A stretch of 64,000 nt of DNA from an archaeon (GTDB lineage Archaea; Nanobdellota; Nanobdellia; Pacearchaeales; GW2011-AR1). Location of the stretch: positions 2,539-66,538 of the forward strand of contig JABHZE010000003.1 of the NCBI GenBank assembly GCA_018653485.1, written 5' to 3'. Of the stretch, positions 38,534-48,281 are shown one piece after another. The notes under the pieces are model-generated. The model made no database searches and had not been told where the DNA came from. It worked only from the letters and a program-made list of their open reading frames with translations. Made by a program: the position numbers and the translations under genes. How positions within the stretch are numbered: the stretch's first letter is position 1; each line of letters starts with the position of its first letter.

Positions 38534-40537
38534 ATGGTGAAATATGTTGTTAAAAAGGGTGATAAGTATTGGCCTTCGGCTGAGATGAAAAAGATTGCTT
38601 GGGTTTCTGATGAAAAGATTTATGCTAAAGCTTTGAAAAATCCTGTTAAGTTTTGGGAAGGTTTGGCTGATGAGGGAATTGATTGGGATAAGAAATGGGA
38701 TGTGGGTTATGAGGAGAAGTTGCCTTATTTTAAATGGTTTAAGGGAGGGAAGTTAAATTTTTCTTATAATTGTCTTGATAGGCATCTGGATGAGAGAGGT
38801 GATAAGATTGCATTGACTTTTGTTCCAGAACCGGTTGGTGAGAAGGTTGTTAAATTGACTTATAAGGAATTGCATGAAAAGGTTTGTAAGTTTGCAAATG
38901 TTCTTCAAGGGTTGGGAGTTAAAAAAGGAGATGTTGTTTCTATTTATTTGCCAATGGTTCCTGAAGCTGTGATAGCTATGTTGGCTTGTACTAGGATTGG
39001 AGCTATTCATTCTGTTGTGTTTAGTGCATTTGCTGTTGATGCTTTGAAGAAAAGAATTGAAGATGGGAAAGCTAAGGTTTTGATAACTGCTGATGGATAT
39101 TATCGTAGAGGAAAAAAAGTTGTTTTAATTGATAAAGCTATTGAAGGGAGTAAAGGAACTACTATTAAGAAAATCTTGGTGGTTAATAGGATTGGTAAAA
39201 AAGTTTCTGGTAGAAAGTTTTTAGATTTTAATAAAGAGCTTGAGAAAGCTGATGCTGAATGTAAGGCAGTTAGTATGAAATCTGAGGACCCTATGTTTAT
39301 TTTGTATACTTCTGGGACAACTGGAAAACCTAAGGGGGTTATTCATGATACTGGTGGTTATGCTGTGCAAGCTTATTGGACTGCAAAATGGGATTTTAAT
39401 TTACATGATGATGATGTAATGTGGTGCACTGCTGATGTTGGTTGGATTACAGGACATACTTATGTTTTTTATGGGCCTTTGTTAAATGGAAGTAGTACTT
39501 TAATTTATGAGGGTAGTCCTGATTTTCCTGATACTAGTAGATGGTGGAAAATTATTGAGAAAAATAAAGTGACTGCATTTTATACTGCTCCAACTGCAAT
39601 TAGAATGTTTATGAGAAATCCTGAGAAAATGATTAAGGGTTGTGATCTTTCTAGTCTAAGAGTTTTAGGAAGTGTTGGAGAACCTATTGATAATGATGCA
39701 TGGAATTGGTATTTTGAAAAAGTTGGAGGAGGAAGATGTCCGATTATTGATACTTGGTGGCAGACTGAAACTGGTGGGACTTTGATTACTGCTCTTCCTG
39801 GAATTGGGCCATTTATTCCTACTGTTGCTGGAAAAAGTTTCCCTGGTGTGGATCATATTATTGTAGATCATAAAGGGAAGGAGAAGAAAAAAGGTGAATT
39901 AGGTTTCTTGGTTCAGAAAAGTCCTTTTGCTCCTGGTATGTTGCATGGTGTTTATAAAAATCATAAAAAATATGTTGAAACTTATTGGAGGTTTAAAAAA
40001 TATTATGATACTAGTGATGGTGCTATTTTGAATAAAGAGGGTTTTATTAGAATTACTGGAAGGACTGATGATGTTATGAAAGTTGCTGGGCATAGATTGG
40101 CTACTGCTGAGTTAGAGGATTCTATTAATGGACATAAAAAAGTTAATGAGTGTGCTGTTGTTCCTATTCCTCATGAGGTTAAAGGGCAAGTTCCTGTTGC
40201 TTTTGTTGTTTTGTCTTCTGGTTCTGGGAATGATGGAGGAGAAGCTTTAAAAAAAGATATAATAATGCATGTGGATAAAACATTAGGGCCTACTGCTCGT
40301 CCTGCAATGATATATTATGTTAAGGATTTACCTAAGACTCGAAGTGGGAAGATTATGAGAAGAATTTTGAAAAGTTTATTAGCTAAAGAAGAGCCTAAAG
40401 GTTTAATGACTTTGGTTAATCCTTCCTCGGTGGAGGAGATTAAAGGGATTGTTGAGAGTAGTGTTGGTAAGGAGAAGGGGAATGTGAAGAAGAAAGTTGT
40501 TAAGGATAAGAAAAAAGTTGTTGAGAGTAAGAAGTAG
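38534..40537 (+). CDS. acs: Acetyl-CoA synthetase (AMP-forming)
   Basis: YTSGTTGKPKG, WCTADVGWITGH, DTWWQTETG, LPKTRSGKIMRR. Confidence 0.96.
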   Translation: MVKYVVKKGDKYWPSAEMKKIAWVSDEKIYAKALKNPVKFWEGLADEGIDWDKKWDVGYEEKLPYFKWFKGGKLNFSYNCLDRHLDERGDKIALTFVPEPVGEKVVKLTYKELHEKVCKFANVLQGLGVKKGDVVSIYLPMVPEAVIAMLACTRIGAIHSVVFSAFAVDALKKRIEDGKAKVLITADGYYRRGKKVVLIDKAIEGSKGTTIKKILVVNRIGKKVSGRKFLDFNKELEKADAECKAVSMKSEDPMFILYTSGTTGKPKGVIHDTGGYAVQAYWTAKWDFNLHDDDVMWCTADVGWITGHTYVFYGPLLNGSSTLIYEGSPDFPDTSRWWKIIEKNKVTAFYTAPTAIRMFMRNPEKMIKGCDLSSLRVLGSVGEPIDNDAWNWYFEKVGGGRCPIIDTWWQTETGGTLITALPGIGPFIPTVAGKSFPGVDHIIVDHKGKEKKKGELGFLVQKSPFAPGMLHGVYKNHKKYVETYWRFKKYYDTSDGAILNKEGFIRITGRTDDVMKVAGHRLATAELEDSINGHKKVNECAVVPIPHEVKGQVPVAFVVLSSGSGNDGGEALKKDIIMHVDKTLGPTARPAMIYYVKDLPKTRSGKIMRRILKSLLAKEEPKGLMTLVNPSSVEEIKGIVESSVGKEKGNVKKKVVKDKKKVVESKK

Positions 40538-40644
40538 TTATTTGTTTTTCATAAGGTTTAAATATGAAGGGTATATTTTAATGTTAAGAGTGTATCTTTA
40601 ATTACATTAAATGAAGATAATCGTATTAAAATGGTGAAAATTAT

Positions 40645-42198
40645 ATGAGAATAAATATTTTAATTGGTGGAAAAGCAGGACAAGGTATTAATAAGGTATC
40701 TGAAATTGTTTCGCGGGTTTTAACTTCCCTTGGATATTTTACATTTAATTATAGAGATTATCCTTCACTTATTAGAGGTGGACATAATTTTAATGTGCTT
40801 TCTGTTTCAGATGATAAGATTGGAAGTGTTGAAAGTAAATTAGATATTGTTGTTGCAATGGATGAGAAAACAAAGGAATTGCATAAAATGGAAATGAAAA
40901 AGGATGGGGTTGTTATTGGATTTGAAGAATTTAAGGAATTAGGTAGGAATTTGAATATTGCTCAATCAGGTGCTTTGATTAAAATTTTAGGAATTGATAA
41001 ACAAGTTTTAATTGATGAGATTAAATCTCAATTTAAAGAAAGTGATGAAGCTGTTGCTGCTGCTGAAAAAGGTTTTGAATCGCAGGAAGGAAAGTTTGAA
41101 TTTAAGAAATTAGATAGAGATGTTGAAATTATGCATGGAAGTAGGGCTGTGGCAATAGGTGCTGTTAATTCTAATTTAGATTTATATATTGCTTATCCAA
41201 TGACTCCTGCAACAGGAGTTATGCATGAATTAGCTGGTAGGATGGGGAAGGGTCATATGGTGTTTCAACCTGAAACAGAAATTGCGGTAGTAAATAGTGC
41301 AATGGGTGCTTCGTTTGCAGGTGCTAAGACTATGATTGGAAGTAGTGGAGGCGGTTATGATTTAATGACAGAGGGACTTAGTATGCAAGGAATGGCTGAA
41401 ATTCCTTTAGTTGTTTATTTAGCTTCTCGTCCAGGACCGGGGACAGGAGTTCCAACTTATTCTTTACAAAATGATTTAGATGTTGCTTTACGTGGAGGGC
41501 ATGGAGAATTTCCAAGAGTGGTAATTGCTCCGGGTGATCCAATTGAATGTATTGAAAAAACAAATGAGGCTCTTTATTTATCTGAAAAATTTGGTTGTGT
41601 TACAATTTTACTTTCTGATAAACATTTGGCTGAAAGTGAGTTTAGTTCTGATAGAAAAGCGAATAAAGTTTTGAAAGTAGATGTTAAAAGAGAAGTTGCT
41701 GGTGAAGGGATTGTTAAGAGAAGTAGTTATGAACATGATAAAGATTGGAATACAACTGAAAGTGCTGAGATTACAAAAAAGTTTGCTGATGAAAGAATTA
41801 AAAGATATGGTAGGATAAAGAAGGAATGTGAGAAATTTCAAATGACAAAATTATTTGGGAATCCTAATGCTAAAAATTTAGTAATTGGTTGGGGTTCAAC
41901 TAAAACAGTTATTTTAGATGCACTTGATGCTATTGATGGTTCTATAAAAAATGGGAAGGGAGATTATAAATTTTTACAAGTTTTATATATGAAGCCTTTG
42001 TCTTCTAAGATTAAAGAGGAGATTGAAAAGGTTAGTAATGCTGGAGGAAAAGTTATTTTGGTTGAGCAGAATTTAACAGGACAGTTAGGGCGTCTTATTC
42101 GAGAGAAGACTGGATTAAAGATTGAGAATAGGATTTTGAAATATGATTCACGTCCTTTTTATTGTGATGAATTAAAGGAGGAGATTTTAGGGGTTTAA
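40645..42198 (+). CDS. korA: 2-oxoacid:ferredoxin oxidoreductase subunit alpha
   Basis: GGKAGQG, YPSLIRGGH, AYPMTPA, RPGPGTG.PT, GHGEFPR. Confidence 0.92.
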   Translation: MRINILIGGKAGQGINKVSEIVSRVLTSLGYFTFNYRDYPSLIRGGHNFNVLSVSDDKIGSVESKLDIVVAMDEKTKELHKMEMKKDGVVIGFEEFKELGRNLNIAQSGALIKILGIDKQVLIDEIKSQFKESDEAVAAAEKGFESQEGKFEFKKLDRDVEIMHGSRAVAIGAVNSNLDLYIAYPMTPATGVMHELAGRMGKGHMVFQPETEIAVVNSAMGASFAGAKTMIGSSGGGYDLMTEGLSMQGMAEIPLVVYLASRPGPGTGVPTYSLQNDLDVALRGGHGEFPRVVIAPGDPIECIEKTNEALYLSEKFGCVTILLSDKHLAESEFSSDRKANKVLKVDVKREVAGEGIVKRSSYEHDKDWNTTESAEITKKFADERIKRYGRIKKECEKFQMTKLFGNPNAKNLVIGWGSTKTVILDALDAIDGSIKNGKGDYKFLQVLYMKPLSSKIKEEIEKVSNAGGKVILVEQNLTGQLGRLIREKTGLKIENRILKYDSRPFYCDELKEEILGV

Positions 42199-42199
42199 G

Positions 42200-43051
42200 A
42201 TGGATGATATAAATGAAATAAAAAAGAATTTAGGAACAAAAGAAGTTAATACTTGGTGTCCTGGATGTCCAAACTTTTTGATTTTGGAGAGTGTTAAAAC
42301 TGCATTGGCTGGATTAATTAGTAAGGGAGTATATAGGCAAGAAGATTTTGCAATGACAACTGATATTGGTTGTTCAAGTAAGATTTATGATTATCTAAAT
42401 ATAAGTGGAATTTATGGATTGCATGGTAGAAGTTTGGCTACTGGATTGGGTGTAACTTTAGGTAATCCTAATTTGAAAGTTTTGAGTTTTATGGGTGATG
42501 GTGGATGTTTTGATGAAGGTATTGCACATTTTATGCATGCTGGAAGATATAATGCTGATATGACTTTGATTGTTCATGATAATCAAAGTTTTTCATTAAC
42601 AACTGGACAACCTACTGCAACTTCTCAAGAAGGGTATATTAGTAAAGCTTCACCTTTAGGGGATGCTGATTTTCCTTTGAATCCTATTAAAGTTGCTCTT
42701 GCTGCAGGTATTGGATTTATAGCAAGATGTAATGCAAGAGATTTTAAACATACTGCTGAAATTTTAGAAAAAGCAATTCAACACAAAGGGTTTTCATATG
42801 TGGAGATTATTCAAGATTGTTTGATTTTTAATAAAAATGTTAATAATAAAGATGATAGAATGTATAAGATTGAAAATAATTCTGATAAAAAGAAAGCTGA
42901 GAAGATTGCAGGAGAATATGATTATAATAATGGGCATGGAAAAGGTAAAATTGCATTAGGTGTAATTTATTCTGAAGATAAACCTGCTTTGTATGAAAAA
43001 TGGGAGCAGTTGAAGGCTCTTAAAGAAAAGGGTGTTGGTTGGAAAGGTTAA
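42200..43051 (+). CDS. korB: 2-oxoacid:ferredoxin oxidoreductase subunit beta
   Basis: TWCPGC, IGCS, LHGR, GDG..TPP motif..N. Confidence 0.92.
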   Translation: MDDINEIKKNLGTKEVNTWCPGCPNFLILESVKTALAGLISKGVYRQEDFAMTTDIGCSSKIYDYLNISGIYGLHGRSLATGLGVTLGNPNLKVLSFMGDGGCFDEGIAHFMHAGRYNADMTLIVHDNQSFSLTTGQPTATSQEGYISKASPLGDADFPLNPIKVALAAGIGFIARCNARDFKHTAEILEKAIQHKGFSYVEIIQDCLIFNKNVNNKDDRMYKIENNSDKKKAEKIAGEYDYNNGHGKGKIALGVIYSEDKPALYEKWEQLKALKEKGVGWKG

Positions 43052-43053
43052 TT

Positions 43054-43425
43054 TTATTTTCTAGATTTTAATTTTTGTTTGATTAAGTAACCTAAAATGG
43101 AAATTATTATTACTGCAAGCACAATAAACCCTGTGAAAGACCCTCCGAATGCTAGAATAAATGCTAAAGTGTAAGCAAAAAATCCAATACCTGCAAAAAC
43201 TATTATTAATATTAAATTTATAATCTTTGATTTTGTTGTTGATTCCTTATCAAAAAAATATATTATTCCAATAAGTATAAACCCAAAAATAATTGGAAAA
43301 ATAAATATTGTTATAATACTTTCACCGATAATCGGTTCTACATAATGCTCTACAAACCAATAAAGAAATATTGCTATTAAAGGGCCTAATAAGAATCCCA
43401 TCATTGAAGCTGTTCTCTTTTTCAT
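43054..43425 (-). CDS. Hypothetical membrane protein
   Basis: About 4 TMs. Confidence 0.55.
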   Translation of the reverse strand: MKKRTASMMGFLLGPLIAIFLYWFVEHYVEPIIGESIITIFIFPIIFGFILIGIIYFFDKESTTKSKIINLILIIVFAGIGFFAYTLAFILAFGGSFTGFIVLAVIIISILGYLIKQKLKSRK

Positions 43426-43427
43426 TT

Positions 43428-43703
43428 TTAAACACTCAACCTAGTTGTTAAAGAAATAATTATATGAATTATTATTGCTAAAATACTCATGAATACAATG
43501 GGTTTGTGATATTTGCAAAGTGAGATTGCTTCACATTTTTCTTTATTTTTATCTTTGCACTTTTCTTTATCTTCTTCTTTGCATTCGGGGTGATTATCAC
43601 AAGCATGAATTTTTTTAGTTGCCCAAGGCATTGCTAGGCAAGTTGCAAAATTAAAAAATAGTAATATTGCTGCTATCCATCCAGTGATTATTGTTACAGT
43701 CAT
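43428..43703 (-). CDS. Two-TM protein with Cys/His-rich loop
   Basis: TCLAMPW...C..HPEC...C...C...LCKYHKP...HI. Confidence 0.55.
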   Translation of the reverse strand: MTVTIITGWIAAILLFFNFATCLAMPWATKKIHACDNHPECKEEDKEKCKDKNKEKCEAISLCKYHKPIVFMSILAIIIHIIISLTTRLSV

Positions 43704-44086
43704 TTTTTGATTGTAGGTTCTGTTTCTTCTTTTTTAGTTACTTCTTTTGGTTTTTTAGAAATTGGTTCTTCTATTTTATTTTGAATCCAAAGAACATAAC
43801 CAATACTAAAATCAGGTATTGCTAAAAGAATATCTGAAATTCCTCCTCCTGGAACATACATAATATGCATAATAACTCCTACTATGAAAAATACAGAGTT
43901 AAGTGCAAATCCATAGAAAATAGATTTGTTGAATAGGTACATAAGAGTTATTGCAATTATATCAAACCAAAGAATATAGGTTAAGAATGTTAAATCTGGA
44001 TGAAGTTTTAAATGAAGCATTAATCCTGCTATTGGAAGGGCTATGAATGCGATAAGTAATATGATGTTTGTTGTGTTTAATTTCAT
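43700..44086 (-). CDS. Hypothetical membrane protein
   Basis: 4 TMs with LHLKLHP and IMH histidines. Confidence 0.55.
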   Translation of the reverse strand: MKLNTTNIILLIAFIALPIAGLMLHLKLHPDLTFLTYILWFDIIAITLMYLFNKSIFYGFALNSVFFIVGVIMHIMYVPGGGISDILLAIPDFSIGYVLWIQNKIEEPISKKPKEVTKKEETEPTIKK

Positions 44087-44245
44087 TTGCTATTATTCCT
44101 CTATTTCTTTTTATTGAAAGTTAATTGAAATTTATAAATGTTTGTGGAAGAGACATTTAGGAAATATTTATATACTAATTTTATCTTTTAAATAATAGGT
44201 GATTAATAATTATGTTTTATAATTATCAAAAGGAGGTAAAGACAA

Positions 44246-44671
44246 ATGGATAAAAAAGCACAAGCTGCAATGGAATTTATGATGACTTATGGTTGGGCGA
44301 TTCTAGCTGCAGTTATTGCGATAGGTGTTCTTGGTTATATGGGAGTTTTCACTCCTGGAACTACAGATACTGCAATTGTTAGTTCTCCGTTTTATGTTAA
44401 TGCACATAATGCGCAAGCAGGTGGAGTTAACCTTGAATTAAAAAATAATGGTGGAGAAACCTATAATATTACTAGTGTTGTTGTAAGTGGTTGTGGAACT
44501 AATGCTACTGCTACAAGTATTGCAACTCAAGCTATGGAAGTTATAAATGTTAACTGTACTTTAACTGCAGGAGATACTCTTAGAGGAGATATAACTATTA
44601 CATACAATAAAGTAGGAAGTGGGGTTTCAGAAACATCTACTGGAAGTATTGCCTCAAAGGTTACTGCTTAA
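44246..44671 (+). CDS. Archaeal type IV pilin (probable major pilin)
   Basis: KKAQ/AAMEFMMTYGWAIL class III signal peptide; AGGAGGT RBS; own T-rich terminator. Confidence 0.88.
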   Translation: MDKKAQAAMEFMMTYGWAILAAVIAIGVLGYMGVFTPGTTDTAIVSSPFYVNAHNAQAGGVNLELKNNGGETYNITSVVVSGCGTNATATSIATQAMEVINVNCTLTAGDTLRGDITITYNKVGSGVSETSTGSIASKVTA

Positions 44672-44959
44672 ATTTTTATTTTTATTTTTTTTAAATTTTT
44701 ATTTTTTGGGTGGGAAGAGATATTAGGAAGAGAGTGAGATATGTTTGTTGAAGGAAGAGTTAGATATTTAGTGAAGAGGATTTATTTTATGGAAAATTAG
44801 GAAGATTAATCTAACCTAATTTTCAAATATTTTTTTATAATTGGTAAATCTTTTGAGTCGAGAATAAGACAGGCAAGAGAGTTTGGTGAGAAGTTTTTTG
44901 ATTAATAGAAGTGTTTTTATAGTTATTTGATTTTTAATATCTATTATAGGAAAGAAAAG

Positions 44960-45814
44960 ATGGTGAAGAAAAAGAAAAAAAAGGTGATGGAAGAGAATTC
45001 TAAGAGTTCTAAAGATGCTCCTAAGATTATTGATGAAAAAAAATCTTTTATTGATAATGAAAAGGGTAACTTATTTGGAAAGGAAGATACTTCTAAAAAA
45101 ACATCTAAAAAGATTGAAAGAGAGGGTAGTGGGATTCATAATTTTGATAAATTAATTGAAGGAGGATTTAAGAAAAATTCTACTAACCTTGTGATGGGTG
45201 GAACTGGAACTGGAAAAAGTATTTTTGGGATTCAATTTTTGATTGAAGGTATAAGAAAAAAAGAGAAGTGCATCTTTATAACTTTTGAAGAAACTAAGAG
45301 AGAATTTTATTCAAATATGAGAAATCTTGGTTTTGATTTAGAAGAATTAGAAAAAAAGGGGATGTTCTTTTTCTTAGAATATACTCCTGAAAAAGTTAAG
45401 AAGATGTTAGAAGAAGGTGGAGGTATAATTGAAAGTATTATTATAAGGGAAAAGATACAGAGAATTGTTATTGATAGTATTACTTCATTTGGTTTACTTT
45501 TTGAAAGAGATTTAGATAAAAGAAGTTCTTCATTAGCTTTATTTAGAATGTTAAGAAAGTGGGAGTGTACTACTCTTTTAACATTTCAAGGAGAAGCATC
45601 TAGGGATTATGATTTAGCATCTAGAATTTTAGAGTTTGAATCTGATGGAATCATTTTACTTTATTTTGTGAGAAATAAAAGAGAAAGAGAAAGATATTTA
45701 GAAATTTTAAAAATGAGAGGAACAAATCATTCTACTAAAGTGCATAATTTTAAAATTGATAAAAAAGGAATTGGATTAGGAAATAAAAGTCTTCCATCTG
45801 GAATTGAGTTGTAA
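44960..45814 (+). CDS. KaiC/RAD55-like RecA-superfamily ATPase
   Basis: SGIHNFDKLIEGG, GGTGTGKS, ITFEE, RIVIDS, ILKMRGT. Confidence 0.9.
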   Translation: MVKKKKKKVMEENSKSSKDAPKIIDEKKSFIDNEKGNLFGKEDTSKKTSKKIEREGSGIHNFDKLIEGGFKKNSTNLVMGGTGTGKSIFGIQFLIEGIRKKEKCIFITFEETKREFYSNMRNLGFDLEELEKKGMFFFLEYTPEKVKKMLEEGGGIIESIIIREKIQRIVIDSITSFGLLFERDLDKRSSSLALFRMLRKWECTTLLTFQGEASRDYDLASRILEFESDGIILLYFVRNKRERERYLEILKMRGTNHSTKVHNFKIDKKGIGLGNKSLPSGIEL

Positions 45815-45883
45815 TTATTAGCCTGTTTAAATGTTATTTTATAATATAGTTATCTTTAAAAATAAAACAATCTAATCAAAACA

Positions 45884-46369
45884 ATGCCAAAAAAGACTTA
45901 TGAATGTTTAGTGGGAGGAGAAGGTTATGATTCTAAAGATTTAGTTGTTAGACTTCCAGAGTTTTTTCAAAGAATTCCAATGAAAATTACGCATGGTTTA
46001 AATTCTATTAATGCCTCTTATCCTGATAATCTTCTTAGAGATAGGGCTGGAAATCTTAGACCTGAGGGAGAAATAAGAAGTTTTGCTGAAAAACTTGCAA
46101 GATCAAGAATTGAAGCAATGGCTTTAGAAGTTGCAACACATCATCAAGTATGGTTTGCTAAGAAAAATGATGCAGGAAAGTTAGAGAAACCATTATCTGC
46201 TCATTTTGAAAAATATCTTGGTGGAAATGACCATAGTATTTTATCTCAAAGAATAGGATATAAACCTGAAGATTCTTTTTTTTATTGTGTAAAATTAACA
46301 ACTGACGGAGTATTACCTGATGGAGAAGTTAGAATAATTTCAAAGGGAAGTGAAAAAGAGGGGGGGTAG
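45884..46369 (+). CDS. Hypothetical protein
   Basis: 161-aa ORF. Confidence 0.5.
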   Translation: MPKKTYECLVGGEGYDSKDLVVRLPEFFQRIPMKITHGLNSINASYPDNLLRDRAGNLRPEGEIRSFAEKLARSRIEAMALEVATHHQVWFAKKNDAGKLEKPLSAHFEKYLGGNDHSILSQRIGYKPEDSFFYCVKLTTDGVLPDGEVRIISKGSEKEGG

Positions 46370-46498
46370 AAGGCAAAGTTTTGATATAGATAATAATTTA
46401 GGGAATGGATTAATACAGCTTGTAATGCCTGCAGAAGTAATTGACCCTATAGTTGAAAGAATTCGAGCTAGATATGATTAATTTTGAGATTTTAATTT

Positions 46499-47395
46499 CT
46501 ATAATATTCCTGTTAAAAATCTTTCTATGAATATTTGAGCAATAAAGAAAATTGTTATGCTTAAAACAAGAATTATAGGTAAGAACCTTAATCCTTCTTT
46601 TTCTTCTCCTTTACTTACTAATCCTAATATTAGTGATGCAAAAACATCTATAACTATCATAAAAATTAATGAAAAATATTTTATGAAATTTACAGAAACA
46701 CTTACTTTTGATAATGAAAATGGAAGACTTGCAGTTGATTCTATTTCTGGGAGTCCTGAAAGAATACTTGTTAAAACTTTCACTAATATTACTGAAAGTG
46801 AAAATAATGCTGGAGCAAAAATAGATACTGCTAAGAAAATAAAAATAACATACATTAAAACATTTGAAGCTGCCTTTTTTTCAACAAAGCCTCTTTCCCT
46901 CATGCTAACTGCTGTTTCTTCTAGAAGAATAGCTATATCTCCTCCTGCTTTAATTCCTGAAATTATTAATAAAATAGTTTTATTTATTTTTGGAGAATTA
47001 ATCCTTTTAGACATTGCCATTAATGAGGAACCGATATCTTTTCCTGTTGCAATATCTTTTCCTGTTTGAATAATTTCTGCATCTAATGGTGCAAATTCTG
47101 GACGAGAACTTAACAACATTGCCCTATCAATAGTCATTCCAGCTCTTAAATTACTAGACATTAATTGAAGAAAATCAGGGAAAATCCCTTCAATTTTTTT
47201 AATTCTCTCTGTTTTTTTAAGTATATCTTTTATATAAAAATAAATAAAAAATAATATTGGGATTGCTATTAATGCTATTCCAAAAGAAATCAAGTTAGAA
47301 TAAATAAAATAAATTATTGTGCTTAAAAAAATAGTTATTATAAATGCTATTGAAATTCTTTTCTTGTTTAAAGGTTTTCTTTTTTTTCTTATCAT
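46499..47395 (-). CDS. T2SSF/TadC-like pilus platform protein
   Basis: FPDFLQLMSSNLRAGM, AGGD...LLE; multiple TMs. Confidence 0.88.
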   Translation of the reverse strand: MIRKKRKPLNKKRISIAFIITIFLSTIIYFIYSNLISFGIALIAIPILFFIYFYIKDILKKTERIKKIEGIFPDFLQLMSSNLRAGMTIDRAMLLSSRPEFAPLDAEIIQTGKDIATGKDIGSSLMAMSKRINSPKINKTILLIISGIKAGGDIAILLEETAVSMRERGFVEKKAASNVLMYVIFIFLAVSIFAPALFSLSVILVKVLTSILSGLPEIESTASLPFSLSKVSVSVNFIKYFSLIFMIVIDVFASLILGLVSKGEEKEGLRFLPIILVLSITIFFIAQIFIERFLTGIL

Positions 47396-47396
47396 T

Positions 47397-48278
47397 TTAT
47401 AATAAACTTGGCCTCCTTGATTTTATTAATCCTAAAAACATTATTTGTGCAAATATTACAAATATCCCTAATGAAATAAATAATAGTGTTGCAGAATTTT
47501 TTTCTATATCTATCATAGAAGTTATTATTGTTAAAAAGGTTATTGATAGTGTTGGGATAATCACTGTTATAAGCATATACATAACAATTAATGGATTAAG
47601 TCTATTTCCATAATTCTGAATTTGAATAAGTTGTTCTTCATTTAATGCTTTTATACTATCCTTGATAACAATGGACATGTCACTTCCTGCCATCATACCA
47701 TTACTAATTTGCCATAATACTCTTCTAAAATAAAGTGAAGGATTCTTTTTTCCAAGATTGTTTAAAACTTCTGCCTCTGGTTCTCCAGCATTAATTCTCT
47801 TAACTGCTTTTTTGAATTCTAAACTTAGCACTCCGTAATCTGAATAAGATATATTAGTCATAATACTAAACAAAGGGATTCCAGAATTTAATTGAATTAA
47901 AATATCTTCTAATGCCGGAAGTAAATCTTTTTCTATCTTTTTTTGTTTTCTTGAAACATAAATTTTTGGGTAGACTCTTTGACTAAAAAATATAAACAAT
48001 GAAAAAATTGAGGATAATCCTAAACTGATTAGATAAAATTTATTTAATTCTAGCATCATAGAAATTGTTGTAGAAATTACAAGGAGAAAAAAGAAATTAA
48101 TAAACAAAGATCTAAAACATATCCCAAGAAATTCTTCCCTTGTTAGTTGAATATCGCAAGCATTTAAGGTTTCTTCTAATTTTGATTTTTTTTTATGTTT
48201 AAATCTTGAGGAAAAAAATTTAGCTCTTTTTTTTAATTTTTCTAATCTTGAGAATGTGAAGGGTATTTTAAATCTCAT
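47397..48278 (-). CDS. T2SSF/TadB/C-like pilus platform protein
   Basis: L.PALEDILIQLNSGIPL, YGVLSLEF; C-terminal TMs. Confidence 0.88.
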   Translation of the reverse strand: MRFKIPFTFSRLEKLKKRAKFFSSRFKHKKKSKLEETLNACDIQLTREEFLGICFRSLFINFFFLLVISTTISMMLELNKFYLISLGLSSIFSLFIFFSQRVYPKIYVSRKQKKIEKDLLPALEDILIQLNSGIPLFSIMTNISYSDYGVLSLEFKKAVKRINAGEPEAEVLNNLGKKNPSLYFRRVLWQISNGMMAGSDMSIVIKDSIKALNEEQLIQIQNYGNRLNPLIVMYMLITVIIPTLSITFLTIITSMIDIEKNSATLLFISLGIFVIFAQIMFLGLIKSRRPSLL

Positions 48279-48281
48279 TAG

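Noticed and set aside
12929-47069. Longer antisense ORFs such as 12929..13324, 19311..19754 and 46557..47069
   Set aside because: Each lies fully within a well-supported gene on the opposite strand and shows no motifs.
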